Position numbers and translations under genes: made by a program. From an uncultured bacterium (GTDB lineage: Bacteria > SAR324 > NAC60-12), in the NCBI GenBank assembly GCA_965662235.1, contig CBFIGY010000009.1:1-64000 (forward strand): a DNA stretch of 64,000 nucleotides, in the 5' to 3' direction. The notes under the pieces were generated by a model, which was given only the letters and a program-made list of their open reading frames with translations, did not search any database and was not told the origin of the DNA. This document shows, piece by piece, positions 39,599 to 49,933 of this stretch; the stretch's first letter is position 1, and each line of letters begins with the position of its first letter.

Positions 39599-40171
39599 TC
39601 AGCTCAGGCGTTTCCAGAGGTACGGCAACGCCAGCGCCCCCACGGTGATCTTCACCGCATCCCCGGCGAGGAAGGGCAGCACACCGGCTTCCCAGGCTCG
39701 TCCCCAGCCAATGAACTGACTCAGCCAGGTTGTCCCCAGGGCATAGATGAGGGCATTGCCCACCAGCATCAGCGTGAAGGCCTTGGACACGGAACGGTTC
39801 GGGAATTTCTCCATGACGTCTCCCAGCACCCATGCGGCGACAAAGAACCCGGCCAGGTACCCGCCAGTCGGTCCCACCACATACAGCAGTCCCGCTTGAG
39901 CCCCCGCAAACACCGGCAAGCCCGCAAAGCCTTCCAGCAGGTACGCTCCCACGGCGACCACGCCCAGATTCCGTCCCAGCACCAGCGGAAGCGCCAGCAC
40001 CACCAGGGTTTGCAGAGTCAGCGGCACCGGCCAGAACGGGATCTGGACCTTCGCGGATACCACCAAGGCAAGGTTTCCCAAAAGGGCCAGCAGCACTGCA
40101 CGCTGCAGCTGCGACACCGGCCAGTTTCGGCTCAACGCCGCGCCAATGGTTTGGGGAGGAACCCAATTCAT
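39599..40171 (-). CDS. bioY: Biotin transporter BioY
   Basis: PVPLTLQTL, GLPVFAG, GPTGGYLAGF, PFLAGDAVK; SD AGGAG. Confidence 0.93.
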   Translation of the reverse strand: MNWVPPQTIGAALSRNWPVSQLQRAVLLALLGNLALVVSAKVQIPFWPVPLTLQTLVVLALPLVLGRNLGVVAVGAYLLEGFAGLPVFAGAQAGLLYVVGPTGGYLAGFFVAAWVLGDVMEKFPNRSVSKAFTLMLVGNALIYALGTTWLSQFIGWGRAWEAGVLPFLAGDAVKITVGALALPYLWKRLS

Positions 40172-40302
40172 GACATGCTCCTGCAAATGGTTGTAAGGAC
40201 GCTTCTCCGGCCGACCTGCGGTTCCAGCTTCAGCCAAAAGTCGCTATTATCGACCGGCTTGGGGAATCTTGAAAGCTTTTTTGCGCACCTCGGCCGTCTG
40301 AA

Positions 40303-40608
40303 TCAGCGGGGAAACCGAGACTCCCGGACCACCTCACAGATCTGCAAGGAGTACTCCTGATAGTACGACGCCCGCCCCTGTTCCTGAGCAGCCCGGTGCT
40401 CGGTGTGCTGAGCCCAGTTCTGCTGCGCCGCCTCGTCTTCAAACTCCACCAGCGTCAGGCGCTCCCCATCTTCTGCGACAAACACCTTGTGCGAACGGTA
40501 GCCCGGTTGTGTCTTCGCAAGCGCTGAAATCGATGCTGCCTGCTTGAAGTAGTCCTCTTCAGCCTCCGGGTTGAGGCGAGAGCGAAACACGGTAAGGATC
40601 ATGAGCAC
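40303..40608 (-). CDS. Antibiotic biosynthesis monooxygenase (ABM)-domain protein
   Basis: VFRSRL, PGY, W..H.EHRAAQEQGR..YY..YSLQICEV. Confidence 0.85.
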   Translation of the reverse strand: MLMILTVFRSRLNPEAEEDYFKQAASISALAKTQPGYRSHKVFVAEDGERLTLVEFEDEAAQQNWAQHTEHRAAQEQGRASYYQEYSLQICEVVRESRFPR

Positions 40609-40622
40609 ACTCCCCCAAAAGG

Positions 40623-42077
40623 TTAGTCATGTTTGACCGCAACGGTCTTGAGCGAGGAAAATCCGTAAAGGGCCTCAAAGCCCTTTTCCCGTCCGTGTCC
40701 GGAATTCCCGACGCCTCCGAACGGGAGTTCGACGCCTCCTCCTGCGCCGTAGTTGTTGATGAACACCTGTCCGGACTTGAGACGCTTGGCGAGCCGAAAC
40801 TGTCGGGCGCCTTGCTCAGTCCAGACTCCGGCAACCAGGCCATAGCCGGTTCCGTTGGCAATGGCGACCGCCTCATCTTCCGAGTCAAAGGGAATCACCA
40901 CCTGCACCGGCCCAAAGATTTCCTGCTGAGCCAGAGGGTGCGTGGGAGGGCAGTCGGCAATCAGGGTGGGACGCAGATAATAGCCCCCCTCCGGAGCTCC
41001 GGTTGCCAGCTGTCCCTGAGCAGCCACTGGAAGCCGCCCCTGCTCAGAGAGGCCCAGGAACTGCTGCACCAGCTGCTGCTGCCGCGAAGAGATCAACGGT
41101 CCCACGTCCGGATCCTCCAACGCCGGTCCCACCGTCAGAGCAGCATAACCGGCAGCCATGCGGTCCAAAACCTCCCGGTAGCGTGAGCGCTCCACTAGGA
41201 TTCGAGACGAGGCCGAGCAGGTTTGCCCAGCGTTCTGAATCCCCGCTCGGATCAGGAAGGGCAAGGCCTGATCCAGGTCAGCATCCTCAAAGACCAGTTG
41301 CGGCGACTTCCCTCCGAGTTCCAGCGTCACAGGAGCCACGTGCTCGGCAGCAGCCTGTTGCACCAGCCGCCCCACTTCCAGTGATCCGGTGAAGGACAGG
41401 TGCCGCATTCCAGGGTGCCGGGCCAACGCGGCTCCAGCCTCCTCCCCAAGTCCGGGGACCACATTCAGGGCGCCTGCAGGAAAGCCCACTTCGTCTGCCA
41501 GAGCGGCAAAGGCCAGAGCCGTCAGGCAGGCTTCCTCTGCTGGTTTGAGCACCACGGCGTTGCCCATTGTCAGCGCGGCGCCAACGGAGCGTCCGATGAT
41601 CTGCATCGGGTAGTTCCAGGGAATGATGTGTCCAGTCACCCCATGTGGTTCCCGGAGCGTGTACACCGTGTAGCCGTTGAGGTAGGGAATGGTCTCGCCC
41701 ATGATCTTGTCGGCGGCACCTCCGTAAAACTCAAGGTACCGGGCCAGGGCGAGGGCATCGTTGCGTCCTTGCTGCAGGGGCTTCCCCACATCCAAGGCTT
41801 CGAGGCGGGCCAGGTCCTCCACACGCGAGGCCACCCGCTGCCCAAGCTGCGCCAGCAAACGCCCCCGCTCCGCCGCAGGCATCTTTCCCCAATCGCCTTC
41901 AAGCGCTCGTTCTGCCGCTTGGACCGCCTGGTCGATCTCTTGGGAACCCCCTCGGGCAATGACGCCCAACTGGGTGCCGGTGGATGGATTGAACAGGTCC
42001 AGCTGCTCCGAAGGCGTCACCCACGCGCCGTCAATGAAGCAGCATTCCATGGGAAACCAGACGTCCGGCTGAGTCAT
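40623..42077 (-). CDS. Aldehyde dehydrogenase
   Basis: IIPWNYP, SFTGS, LELGGKSP, NAGQTCSA, EIFGPV, PFGG. Confidence 0.94.
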   Translation of the reverse strand: MTQPDVWFPMECCFIDGAWVTPSEQLDLFNPSTGTQLGVIARGGSQEIDQAVQAAERALEGDWGKMPAAERGRLLAQLGQRVASRVEDLARLEALDVGKPLQQGRNDALALARYLEFYGGAADKIMGETIPYLNGYTVYTLREPHGVTGHIIPWNYPMQIIGRSVGAALTMGNAVVLKPAEEACLTALAFAALADEVGFPAGALNVVPGLGEEAGAALARHPGMRHLSFTGSLEVGRLVQQAAAEHVAPVTLELGGKSPQLVFEDADLDQALPFLIRAGIQNAGQTCSASSRILVERSRYREVLDRMAAGYAALTVGPALEDPDVGPLISSRQQQLVQQFLGLSEQGRLPVAAQGQLATGAPEGGYYLRPTLIADCPPTHPLAQQEIFGPVQVVIPFDSEDEAVAIANGTGYGLVAGVWTEQGARQFRLAKRLKSGQVFINNYGAGGGVELPFGGVGNSGHGREKGFEALYGFSSLKTVAVKHD

Positions 42078-43711
42078 ACGTGTTCTCCTGCTAAGCGTTG
42101 GTGCATCGCACGCTCTAGGTTGGGCGCCGAGGCAATGAGGGTTTGCGTGTACGGATGCTGCGGGTTCCGGAAGACCTCCGCAGTGGGCCCTTGTTCCACA
42201 AGCTGTCCTTTTTGCATGATGAGCACCCGATCCGTAATGGCCCGGACCACCGAAAGGTCGTGCGAGATGAACAGGTAGGAAAGCTGTAGCTGGTCCGACA
42301 GCGAGGCCAACAGGTCCAGAATCTGCGCCCGGACCGAGACATCCAGTGCCGACACCGCCTCGTCCAGCAGAAGCAGCTGCGGACGCGTCACCAGCGCCCG
42401 GGCCAAGGCGATGCGCTGCCGCTGTCCTCCGGAAAACTCGTGGATGAACTTGTTCGCATCTCGGGACTGCAGCCCCACGTGCTCCAGCGCCTCCTCCACC
42501 CGACGCTGCACCTCAGCCGCACCCGGAGGCAAGGACTGCGCGTGAAAGGGTTCACTGATCAGGCGCCGAACGCGGTGCCGTGGATTGAAGGAACCATAGG
42601 GATCCTGAAACACCACCTGCACCTGAGCGCCTCCAACACGAGGCACCTGTCCCGACGTTTGAACCACCTGCCCAGCCAGCCGAATTGTTCCCTGCTGAAT
42701 CGGATCAAGCCCAAGCAGCGCCCGAGTGAGGGTGGATTTCCCGCAGCCGCTTTCTCCAACCAGCCCAACGTTCTCCCCCACATGAATCCGGAAGCTCACC
42801 TCATCCACCGCCCGCTTGACCTCAGATGCTTCTCCTTCCGGACGTCCCCAACGGAAGAATCCCGAAGCCGCCGGCGGATAGATCCGGACGACCTTTTCCA
42901 CCTCCAGCAGCGGAGACGCTGCCTCGGCCACCGAAACCGGCGTCCGGACCGGTTGGTGCGAAGAGGCGTCAAACAGCATGCGCGTGTACGGATGACGCTG
43001 GTGCCGCAGCACCTCAGTGGTGCTCCCAGACTCCACCAGCTGCCCCTGACGCAGGATGGCCAACGAGTCCGCCAGTTCAGCCACCACCCCCAGGTCATGC
43101 GTGATGAACCACAGGCTCATGCCGTCTTCCCGGACCAGCCGCTGGAGCAGTTCCAGAATCTGAGCCTGCGTGGTGACGTCTAGGGCGGTGGTGGGTTCAT
43201 CGGCAATCAGCAGCTGCGGACGGAGCGCAATCGCCATGGCGATGCCCACCCGCTGGCGCTGGCCCCCTGAGAGCTCATGCGGAAACCGGGAAAGGGCAAA
43301 CTGCCGAGGCGGCAACCCCACACGTTCCAGCAGGGCCGCAGCCTGTTCCTGCGCCTGACGCTTCCGGATCCGCTGATGCACCCGGAAGGTCTCTGCGACC
43401 TGATCGCCAATCGACTTCAGGGGGTTGAGTGCCGTCAGCGGCTCCTGAAAGATCATTGCCACCTTCTGTCCTCGGATCTGGCACATCTGCGGCTCCCGGA
43501 GGTCCTGCAGGGCGGTGCCTTCCAGCAGCACGGAGCCAGACACCTGCGCCCCCCGAGGCAGAAGCCGCAGGGTCGCAAGAGCGGTCATGGACTTTCCGGA
43601 TCCGGATTCGCCGATCATCCCCAGGATCTCCCCTGGGGCAATCTTCAGGTTCAGCTGCTTCAGCACCGCATGCCCCCCTAGGGAGACGCTCAGGTCACGC
43701 AGTTCCAGCAT
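42074..43711 (-). CDS. Peptide/nickel ABC ATP-binding protein (fused DppD/F)
   Basis: GESGSGKS and GESGCGKS, two SGGQRQR signatures. Start at MLELRDL. Confidence 0.93.
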   Translation of the reverse strand: MLELRDLSVSLGGHAVLKQLNLKIAPGEILGMIGESGSGKSMTALATLRLLPRGAQVSGSVLLEGTALQDLREPQMCQIRGQKVAMIFQEPLTALNPLKSIGDQVAETFRVHQRIRKRQAQEQAAALLERVGLPPRQFALSRFPHELSGGQRQRVGIAMAIALRPQLLIADEPTTALDVTTQAQILELLQRLVREDGMSLWFITHDLGVVAELADSLAILRQGQLVESGSTTEVLRHQRHPYTRMLFDASSHQPVRTPVSVAEAASPLLEVEKVVRIYPPAASGFFRWGRPEGEASEVKRAVDEVSFRIHVGENVGLVGESGCGKSTLTRALLGLDPIQQGTIRLAGQVVQTSGQVPRVGGAQVQVVFQDPYGSFNPRHRVRRLISEPFHAQSLPPGAAEVQRRVEEALEHVGLQSRDANKFIHEFSGGQRQRIALARALVTRPQLLLLDEAVSALDVSVRAQILDLLASLSDQLQLSYLFISHDLSVVRAITDRVLIMQKGQLVEQGPTAEVFRNPQHPYTQTLIASAPNLERAMHQRLAGEHV

Positions 43712-44543
43712 AGGCTCCGGAGCGCAAGGTTTTTGGATCAAGCCAGTCCCGCAACCCGTCTCCAAGCAGATTGAGCCCTAGGACGTTGAGGACAATGGCC
43801 AGCCCGGGAAAGAGCGCAAGGTGTGGGCCGAGGGCAATCAGTGTCTGCGCCTCACTGAGCATCCGGCCCCAGCTTGGCGTTGGAGGCTGGGTGCCTAGCC
43901 CGACGTACGAAAGCCCGGCTTCTGCCAAAATACCAAGGGAAAACTGAATGGAGCTCTGAACAATGAGGACGTTGAGGACGTTGGGCAGAATGTGCTCCCA
44001 GGAGATCCGGAACGCTCCTTTGCCGGCGACCCGGGCAGCGAGGATGAAGTCCCGTTGCCACAGGGTCAACGCTGCCCCGCGGGTGAGGCGGGCAAACACC
44101 GGAATGTTGAAGATGCCGATGGCGACAATTGCGTTGAAGATGCCGGGCCCAAAAACCGCTGTGATGAGGATTGCCACCAGCAGAGACGGAAAGGCAAAGA
44201 TGACATCGTTGGTCCGCATGATCCCCTCGTCTAGGAGTCCGCCGTGTTGTGCCGCAGCGGCCAATCCCAGCGGCACCCCGAGGCCCACGCCAATTCCCAC
44301 GGAAATCAATGCCACTGCCAGAGACACCCGGGCGCCCACCATGATCATCGACAGAATGTCCCGTCCAAAATGATCCGTTCCCAGCCAATGCGTCAACGAC
44401 GGTGTCTGGAGCTTCTGTGCAATGTTGAGCGCCTCCACATCATAAGGCGTCCACACCCACGACAGCACCGCCAGCATCCCGAAGCTCAGGCTGAGTCCAG
44501 CCCCCACCCACAGGTGCAGGGACCGGGAAGAAGAAGACGTCAT
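43695..44543 (-). CDS. Peptide/nickel ABC permease (DppC-like)
   Basis: HWLGTDHFGRD, EAGLSYVGLG, NLLGDGLRDWLDP. Confidence 0.92.
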   Translation of the reverse strand: MTSSSSRSLHLWVGAGLSLSFGMLAVLSWVWTPYDVEALNIAQKLQTPSLTHWLGTDHFGRDILSMIMVGARVSLAVALISVGIGVGLGVPLGLAAAAQHGGLLDEGIMRTNDVIFAFPSLLVAILITAVFGPGIFNAIVAIGIFNIPVFARLTRGAALTLWQRDFILAARVAGKGAFRISWEHILPNVLNVLIVQSSIQFSLGILAEAGLSYVGLGTQPPTPSWGRMLSEAQTLIALGPHLALFPGLAIVLNVLGLNLLGDGLRDWLDPKTLRSGAYAGTA

Positions 44544-44779
44544 GAGGAGTGGGTCGGCTTTGAGGAGGAAACGCAACACGCGAGGTCGTCTGACCTCCGT
44601 TGGGGCACTAGCTTAGTCCTCCGTTGAGGCAGAGCCAGTCAAAATTCGCCGAAGCCCCCTCTCAGGACACGGATCACCGTTGCTCAGCAGAGGGCCGCCA
44701 CTGCTGCGCCGGCTTCAGGACGCTCCTCAAGGGAGGGAGGGATGAACGAGAAGCGCCTCCCTTTGGGCGAGCAGGATAT

Positions 44780-44885
44780 CCCTTTAAAAAACTGAAATTA
44801 TGATTTATTTTTAATTAATCGCATCCGTTAAATAAACCGTTGTCAACCATCCAGTTTTTGTGTAACACTTGAATTATGGCATTTT
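44780..44885. promoter_or_regulatory. AT-rich divergent promoter region
   Basis: Sharp AT-rich island between divergent operons; candidate plus-strand TTGTCA-N17-TAACAC; TTTATTT...AAATAAA inverted repeat. Confidence 0.5.
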
Positions 44886-45014
44886 GCCGTTCCCCCGCAC
44901 TCATTCAGAATGAGGTGACGTGCTCCAATTCCGGAACCGTGCTCGCCTTTGCAGGTCCCGATGCGCTTGTGCGTCCGGGTCCCTCCTGATGAACCTCAAG
45001 CGAGAGAAAACCTT

Positions 45015-45986
45015 ATGAAGACTCTTGGCCTTCGCTTCCTGACGGTCGCCGCCACCGCCTTGCTTTCCGTCAGCCCCCTCATGGCGCAAACCCAGCTTTC
45101 CATTGCCACCGGTGGCACCGGCGGCGTGTACTACCCCATGGGGGGTGGACTTGCTGAAGTCATCAACCGACACGTCCCCGGCTACCAGGCCACTGCCGAA
45201 GTCACCGGCGCTTCCGTTGCCAACATGGGCCTCATTGCCACCGGCGATGCAGACCTGGCACTGGGCCTTGCAGACACCGTGCAGCAGGCGCAAACGGGGA
45301 CCGGACGCTTTGAGGGCAAGCAGCTCCCGATGATCCGGGGCCTCGCCTCCATGTACGCCAACATGGTCCAGATCGTCACCCTGGCTGACAGCGGCATCAC
45401 GAAGCTCTCCGACCTCAAGGGCAAGCGCGTTTCAGTAGGCGCCCCTGGCTCCGGAACCGAGGTCAATGCCAACGCCATCCTCGAAGCCAACGGCATGTCC
45501 TATGGCGACTTGGAGGTGCAGCGTTTGAACTTCAACGAGACCGCAGACGCCCTGGCCAACGGCGACATCGATGCTGGTTTCTGGAGCGTCGGCGCCCCGA
45601 CTTCCTCCATCATGAACCTGGCCACCAGCAAGTCGATCCGGATGATCCCGCTCAGTGACAGTGAGATCCAGGCGGCCCGTTCTGCGAACCCCATCTTCGC
45701 TCGAACTCGCTTGACCGGAGGCATCTACGAAGGCGTGAACCAGGATGTCCCTGTGCTCGGCATTCCCAACGTCCTTGCGGTCTCTTCCGAAATGTCAGAC
45801 GACCTGGCCTATGCGATCACCAAGGCCATGTTTGAGAACATTGATGAGCTGAAGGCCGTTCACCCGGCGGCCAACCAGACCACCATCGAGTTCACGCTTG
45901 ATGCGACTCCGGTGCCCCTGCACCCAGGAGCAATCCGGTACTACGAAGAAACCGGAGCCAGCGTTCCGAGTCGCCTGCGTCCATGA
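45015..45986 (+). CDS. TAXI-family TRAP transporter solute receptor
   Basis: IATGGTGGVYYPMGG, TGASVAN, GAPGSGTE, PLHPGAIRYY. Confidence 0.94.
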   Translation: MKTLGLRFLTVAATALLSVSPLMAQTQLSIATGGTGGVYYPMGGGLAEVINRHVPGYQATAEVTGASVANMGLIATGDADLALGLADTVQQAQTGTGRFEGKQLPMIRGLASMYANMVQIVTLADSGITKLSDLKGKRVSVGAPGSGTEVNANAILEANGMSYGDLEVQRLNFNETADALANGDIDAGFWSVGAPTSSIMNLATSKSIRMIPLSDSEIQAARSANPIFARTRLTGGIYEGVNQDVPVLGIPNVLAVSSEMSDDLAYAITKAMFENIDELKAVHPAANQTTIEFTLDATPVPLHPGAIRYYEETGASVPSRLRP

Positions 45987-46456
45987 AGCGGTCTCCAAGA
46001 GCCAGCCTGCTGGCTCTGCTCCTCTTCCTCCTTGCTCCAGTTGCTTCCGCATCGGTCTTAAAGGTCCGCCTCATTGAGACCGGGAAGCTCCTGGCCCAGC
46101 TACCAGTGTCCGAAGGTCACGGGTGGTGCATCCTCTGGCACCACTCGGTGCAGGGGTTTGAGGTGGAGGATTGCTACGAAAACCAGTCCGGACGCATGGT
46201 GCTGGTTCGTTCGCACCTGCCAGACTTTGCGGCAGGACTCGATCACATTCCCGGACGTGGCCGACAGGTCTCCGACGGACACGGTGGATACTTCATTGAG
46301 GAGTTGAATGAGCCGGTCCCGGGAAACGCTTACATCATCCGTCCCGGAGGCCCCCGTGTCGATCATCGCCTCCGAACGGAAACTCGGGAGATCTCCCTCA
46401 CCGCCCTTGCGGAACGGGCACGGGTGCAGATCGCCCTGGAGCCAGAAGGGGACTGA
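45983..46456 (+). CDS. DUF1850-family protein (TAXI-TRAP associated)
   Basis: W.HSVQ...VEDCY, FAAGL; sits between the TAXI receptor and the fused permease. Confidence 0.8.
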   Translation: MKRSPRASLLALLLFLLAPVASASVLKVRLIETGKLLAQLPVSEGHGWCILWHHSVQGFEVEDCYENQSGRMVLVRSHLPDFAAGLDHIPGRGRQVSDGHGGYFIEELNEPVPGNAYIIRPGGPRVDHRLRTETREISLTALAERARVQIALEPEGD

Positions 46457-48412
46457 ATGTCTGATGCCCATGCCCCCACCCCGCCCCTTTTGGTGGGTCG
46501 CCTCATTGCCCTCATTGGCATCGCCTTTTCCCTGTTTCAGCTCTATGCCGCAGGGGTTCAGCCCCTCGGACTCTTCTTTCAGCGTCCCATCCACTTGGGC
46601 TTTGCCCTGGCCCTCTGCTTCCTGGTCTACCCGGTCTTCGGCACCCAACGTCCGCGAGGCCCACTGGGTTGGATTCTCGATGGCCTCTTAGTCGCGGGAA
46701 GCGTGGTGGTCGGCGTGTGGCTTCCGCTAAACATTGACACCATTGCCAACGCCATCTTTCCTCGGCAGGTGGACGTGTGGGTGGGCATCCTCACCACCTT
46801 ACTGGTGATGGAAGCCGCTCGTCGCGCCGTCGGTTTGGGAATGACGGTGATTGCGGCAATCTTCCTCGTCTACGGTTTTGCAGGACGACGCGGGGAGCTT
46901 CCGTGGCTGGCCGACTGGCTGCCCGGCATCCTCAGCCACCGGGGGTACTCCCTCGACCGCATGGCCAGCCAGCTCACCCTAGGCGCCGAAGGCATCTTCG
47001 GCATCCCGCTGGGCGTCGCCTCCACCTTCATCTTTGTCTTTGTCCTCTTCGGAGCCTTCCTCGAAGTCACCGGCGCCGGGAAGTTCTTCATTGACCTTGC
47101 CTATGCGACCACCGGACGTCAGCGAGGCGGTCCAGCCAAGGCCGCCATCATCGCCTCTGCCGGAATGGGTTCCATCTCAGGCTCAGCCATTGCCAACGTG
47201 GTGACCACTGGAGCCTTCACCATTCCCTTGATGAAGCGACTGGGCTACCGTCCAGCACAGGCTGGAGGCATTGAGGCCGCGGCCTCCACCGGAGGACAGA
47301 TCATGCCGCCGCTGATGGGCGCCGGGGCCTTTCTGATGAGCGAGTTCACCCAGACGCCCTACATTCACATTGTCCTGATCTCCATCTTCCCGGCCTTCCT
47401 CTACTTCGGCGCCGTGTACCTGCTGGTGCACATCGCGGCAGTCAAGCAGGGCATGCAGGGGCTGTCTGAAGAGGAGCTGCCCAAGGTCCGGACCGTGCTT
47501 CTGGAGGGCTGGCACTTTCTGCTACCGCTGCTTGTGCTGACGTGGCTCCTCGTCCTCGGGTTCTCGCCCATGCGGGTGGGTTTCTACACGATCCTCTCTG
47601 TGATCGCCGCTGCCGCAGGACGCGCACTCTGGACGCACTTTTCGCAGGAACAGCCTTCAGAGTCGTTGCCCGACCTGATCCGTCGCGGAAGTGCCCTCAC
47701 CCTGAAGGCTCTGGAGCTAGGGGCCCGGAACGCAATTGCCGTGTCCATCGCCTGCGCGGTCGCCGGAGTCATTGTCGGCATTGTGGGCCTGACGGGGCTT
47801 GGGCTGAAGTTTTCTGCGATGATGATTGCCCTCTCAGGCGGGAACCTCGTCATTGCGCTCATTCTGGTGGCCCTGGCAAGTCTGATCCTCGGAATGGGCC
47901 TCCCGGTCACAGCGGCTTACATTGTCCTGATCATCCTCGTTGGCCCAGCCCTAACCACCGAGTTTGGCATTCCGTTGCTGATCGCGCACCTGGTCGTCTT
48001 CTGGTACTCACAGGACTCCAATGTCACGCCACCCGTGGCCCTCGCCGGATTCGCTGGAGCCGCCATTGCCGGAGCCAGTCCCATGGAAACGAGTGTACAG
48101 GCCTGGAAGTTTGCCAAAGGCCTCTACCTCATTCCCCTGTTCATGGTTTACAACGAAGCCATCATCATCGGAGGCCCTCTGCCTCTTGTGCTCTGGAACG
48201 GGTTCATCGCCATGGTCGCCCTGCTGGCCTTTGCTGCAGTCCTTGAGGGCTTCTTCTGGACACCGCTCCCGCTCTGGCAACGCCTGCTCCTCATTCCCAG
48301 CGTCATTGCCATTTTCTGGCCGCAGGTTCCTGTGGAAGCCGCCGGCGTCCTCGTCATTGCCGTGGTCCTCTTCCTCAACCACCGCCAGCTCCGTGGGGTC
48401 GCTCCCGCTTGA
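46457..48412 (+). CDS. TRAP transporter fused 4TM/12TM permease
   Basis: GGPAKAA, GSISGSAIANVVTTG, EAAASTGGQIMPP, LGMGLP, NVTPPV. Confidence 0.94.
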   Translation: MSDAHAPTPPLLVGRLIALIGIAFSLFQLYAAGVQPLGLFFQRPIHLGFALALCFLVYPVFGTQRPRGPLGWILDGLLVAGSVVVGVWLPLNIDTIANAIFPRQVDVWVGILTTLLVMEAARRAVGLGMTVIAAIFLVYGFAGRRGELPWLADWLPGILSHRGYSLDRMASQLTLGAEGIFGIPLGVASTFIFVFVLFGAFLEVTGAGKFFIDLAYATTGRQRGGPAKAAIIASAGMGSISGSAIANVVTTGAFTIPLMKRLGYRPAQAGGIEAAASTGGQIMPPLMGAGAFLMSEFTQTPYIHIVLISIFPAFLYFGAVYLLVHIAAVKQGMQGLSEEELPKVRTVLLEGWHFLLPLLVLTWLLVLGFSPMRVGFYTILSVIAAAAGRALWTHFSQEQPSESLPDLIRRGSALTLKALELGARNAIAVSIACAVAGVIVGIVGLTGLGLKFSAMMIALSGGNLVIALILVALASLILGMGLPVTAAYIVLIILVGPALTTEFGIPLLIAHLVVFWYSQDSNVTPPVALAGFAGAAIAGASPMETSVQAWKFAKGLYLIPLFMVYNEAIIIGGPLPLVLWNGFIAMVALLAFAAVLEGFFWTPLPLWQRLLLIPSVIAIFWPQVPVEAAGVLVIAVVLFLNHRQLRGVAPA

Positions 48413-48610
48413 TCCTCCTTCCTCCTAGACTCCGGGGCCTTCCCAGGCACACTCGGAGCCTTCAGTGGAGCCGTTGGAGCCTCCTCTGATTTTCCGAGTT
48501 TTCTAAATTTTGCAGAGCAGGTCCGTCTTGAGCAGGTAACTGAAACCGTTGCCTGGAAGGACCCGGGTGACCGAAGCACTTGAAGTTCCCCTTCATCGAG
48601 AGTCACCCTA

Positions 48611-49765
48611 ATGCGCTCCTCCTACTGCCTGGGAATTTTGACCGTTGTGACAGGCGCCCTGTTCGGATGCGGACAGGGGCCCGCTTCCCAAAACCGACTG
48701 ACCCCCAACACCGCTGCGGCGACGCTACAACCCCTTCCTCAGCAAGCAACCTTTCCCGCTTCCAACTCGTACTCGCCGGAACGTGCGGCACTGGGCAAAC
48801 AGCTTTTCTGGGACCCGGTGCTTTCTGAAAATCAGGACATCGCCTGCGCAACCTGTCACCATCCGGACAATGGATTCACCGACCCCCTTCGTCGCTCGCT
48901 TGGCACCGGAGGCATTGGGTTGGGGCTCAATCGCTTCGGAGGCGTCCAAGGGGACCGAAACTCCATGAGCCTCCTCAATGTGGCCTTCAATGGCCTCACC
49001 GAAGCCGGCATCCCTGCGCCAGAAACCGCTCCCATGTTCTGGGACTCCCGCACCCACTCCCTAGAGGATCAGGTGGAGGGTCCGATTGTTAACGACCGGG
49101 AGATGCTCGGCCAGCACTTCACCCCCACAACCATCCAAGGGGAGCTGGAGCAGCGGCTGAACCAAATTCCGGAGTACCAAGCCCGCTTTCTGGAGGCCTA
49201 CGGCACCTCAGAGGTTTCTTTCCCCCTCATCCAGCAGGCCATTGCAGTCTATGAGCGAACCCTCATCACCCCGAACTCTCGGCTGGATGCCTACCTGCGA
49301 GGGGACGCACAGGCGCTCACCTCATTTGAACAAGAAGGCCTGAACCGCTTCGTGCGGGTGGGCTGTGCCGAATGTCACAGCGGTCCCATGCTCTCCGACT
49401 ACCAGCTCCACACCCTTTCGGTCCCGGAACTCAACCGCTCCACCGCAGATGCCGGCGCCGGGGCCTTTAACTTCCGTACCCCCTCTTTACGGAACCTAAG
49501 CTTCACCGCGCCGTACATGCACAACGGGCGCTTTGACCGCCTAGAAGATGTGCTCGATTTCTACCGACGCCTGCGACGGGGACGGTCCCAGAACCCTAAT
49601 GTCCGGAGCAGCGAACTGAGCCCGCAACTGGCACAACTGAACCTCCGGGACAACGACATTCCCTTCATCCTTGCCTTCCTCCGGACCCTTGACGACGGCT
49701 CCTTTGACCAGAGCATTCCCTCATCGGTGCCCAGTGGACTTCCGGTGGGGGGACGGATTGAGTAG
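48611..49765 (+). CDS. Diheme cytochrome c peroxidase/MauG-superfamily lipoprotein
   Basis: Lipobox LFGC; LGKQLFWDP; CATCH and CAECH heme motifs; MFWDSR; FRTPSLRN; PYMHNG. Confidence 0.9.
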   Translation: MRSSYCLGILTVVTGALFGCGQGPASQNRLTPNTAAATLQPLPQQATFPASNSYSPERAALGKQLFWDPVLSENQDIACATCHHPDNGFTDPLRRSLGTGGIGLGLNRFGGVQGDRNSMSLLNVAFNGLTEAGIPAPETAPMFWDSRTHSLEDQVEGPIVNDREMLGQHFTPTTIQGELEQRLNQIPEYQARFLEAYGTSEVSFPLIQQAIAVYERTLITPNSRLDAYLRGDAQALTSFEQEGLNRFVRVGCAECHSGPMLSDYQLHTLSVPELNRSTADAGAGAFNFRTPSLRNLSFTAPYMHNGRFDRLEDVLDFYRRLRRGRSQNPNVRSSELSPQLAQLNLRDNDIPFILAFLRTLDDGSFDQSIPSSVPSGLPVGGRIE

Positions 49766-49933
49766 AAGGTTCCTTTCCCGGAAGCCCCTCTCCACACGAG
49801 CCCCCAACGCCTGGCCCGGGCCCCTTCCTTTCTCGCGGCCAGGCACCCCGATTCGCTCCCCAAAGCTGTTGCAATTTGTCCGGAACTTTCGCACACTGAC
49901 GCCTCACGGTTTCCCAATGCTTTCTTCAACAGC

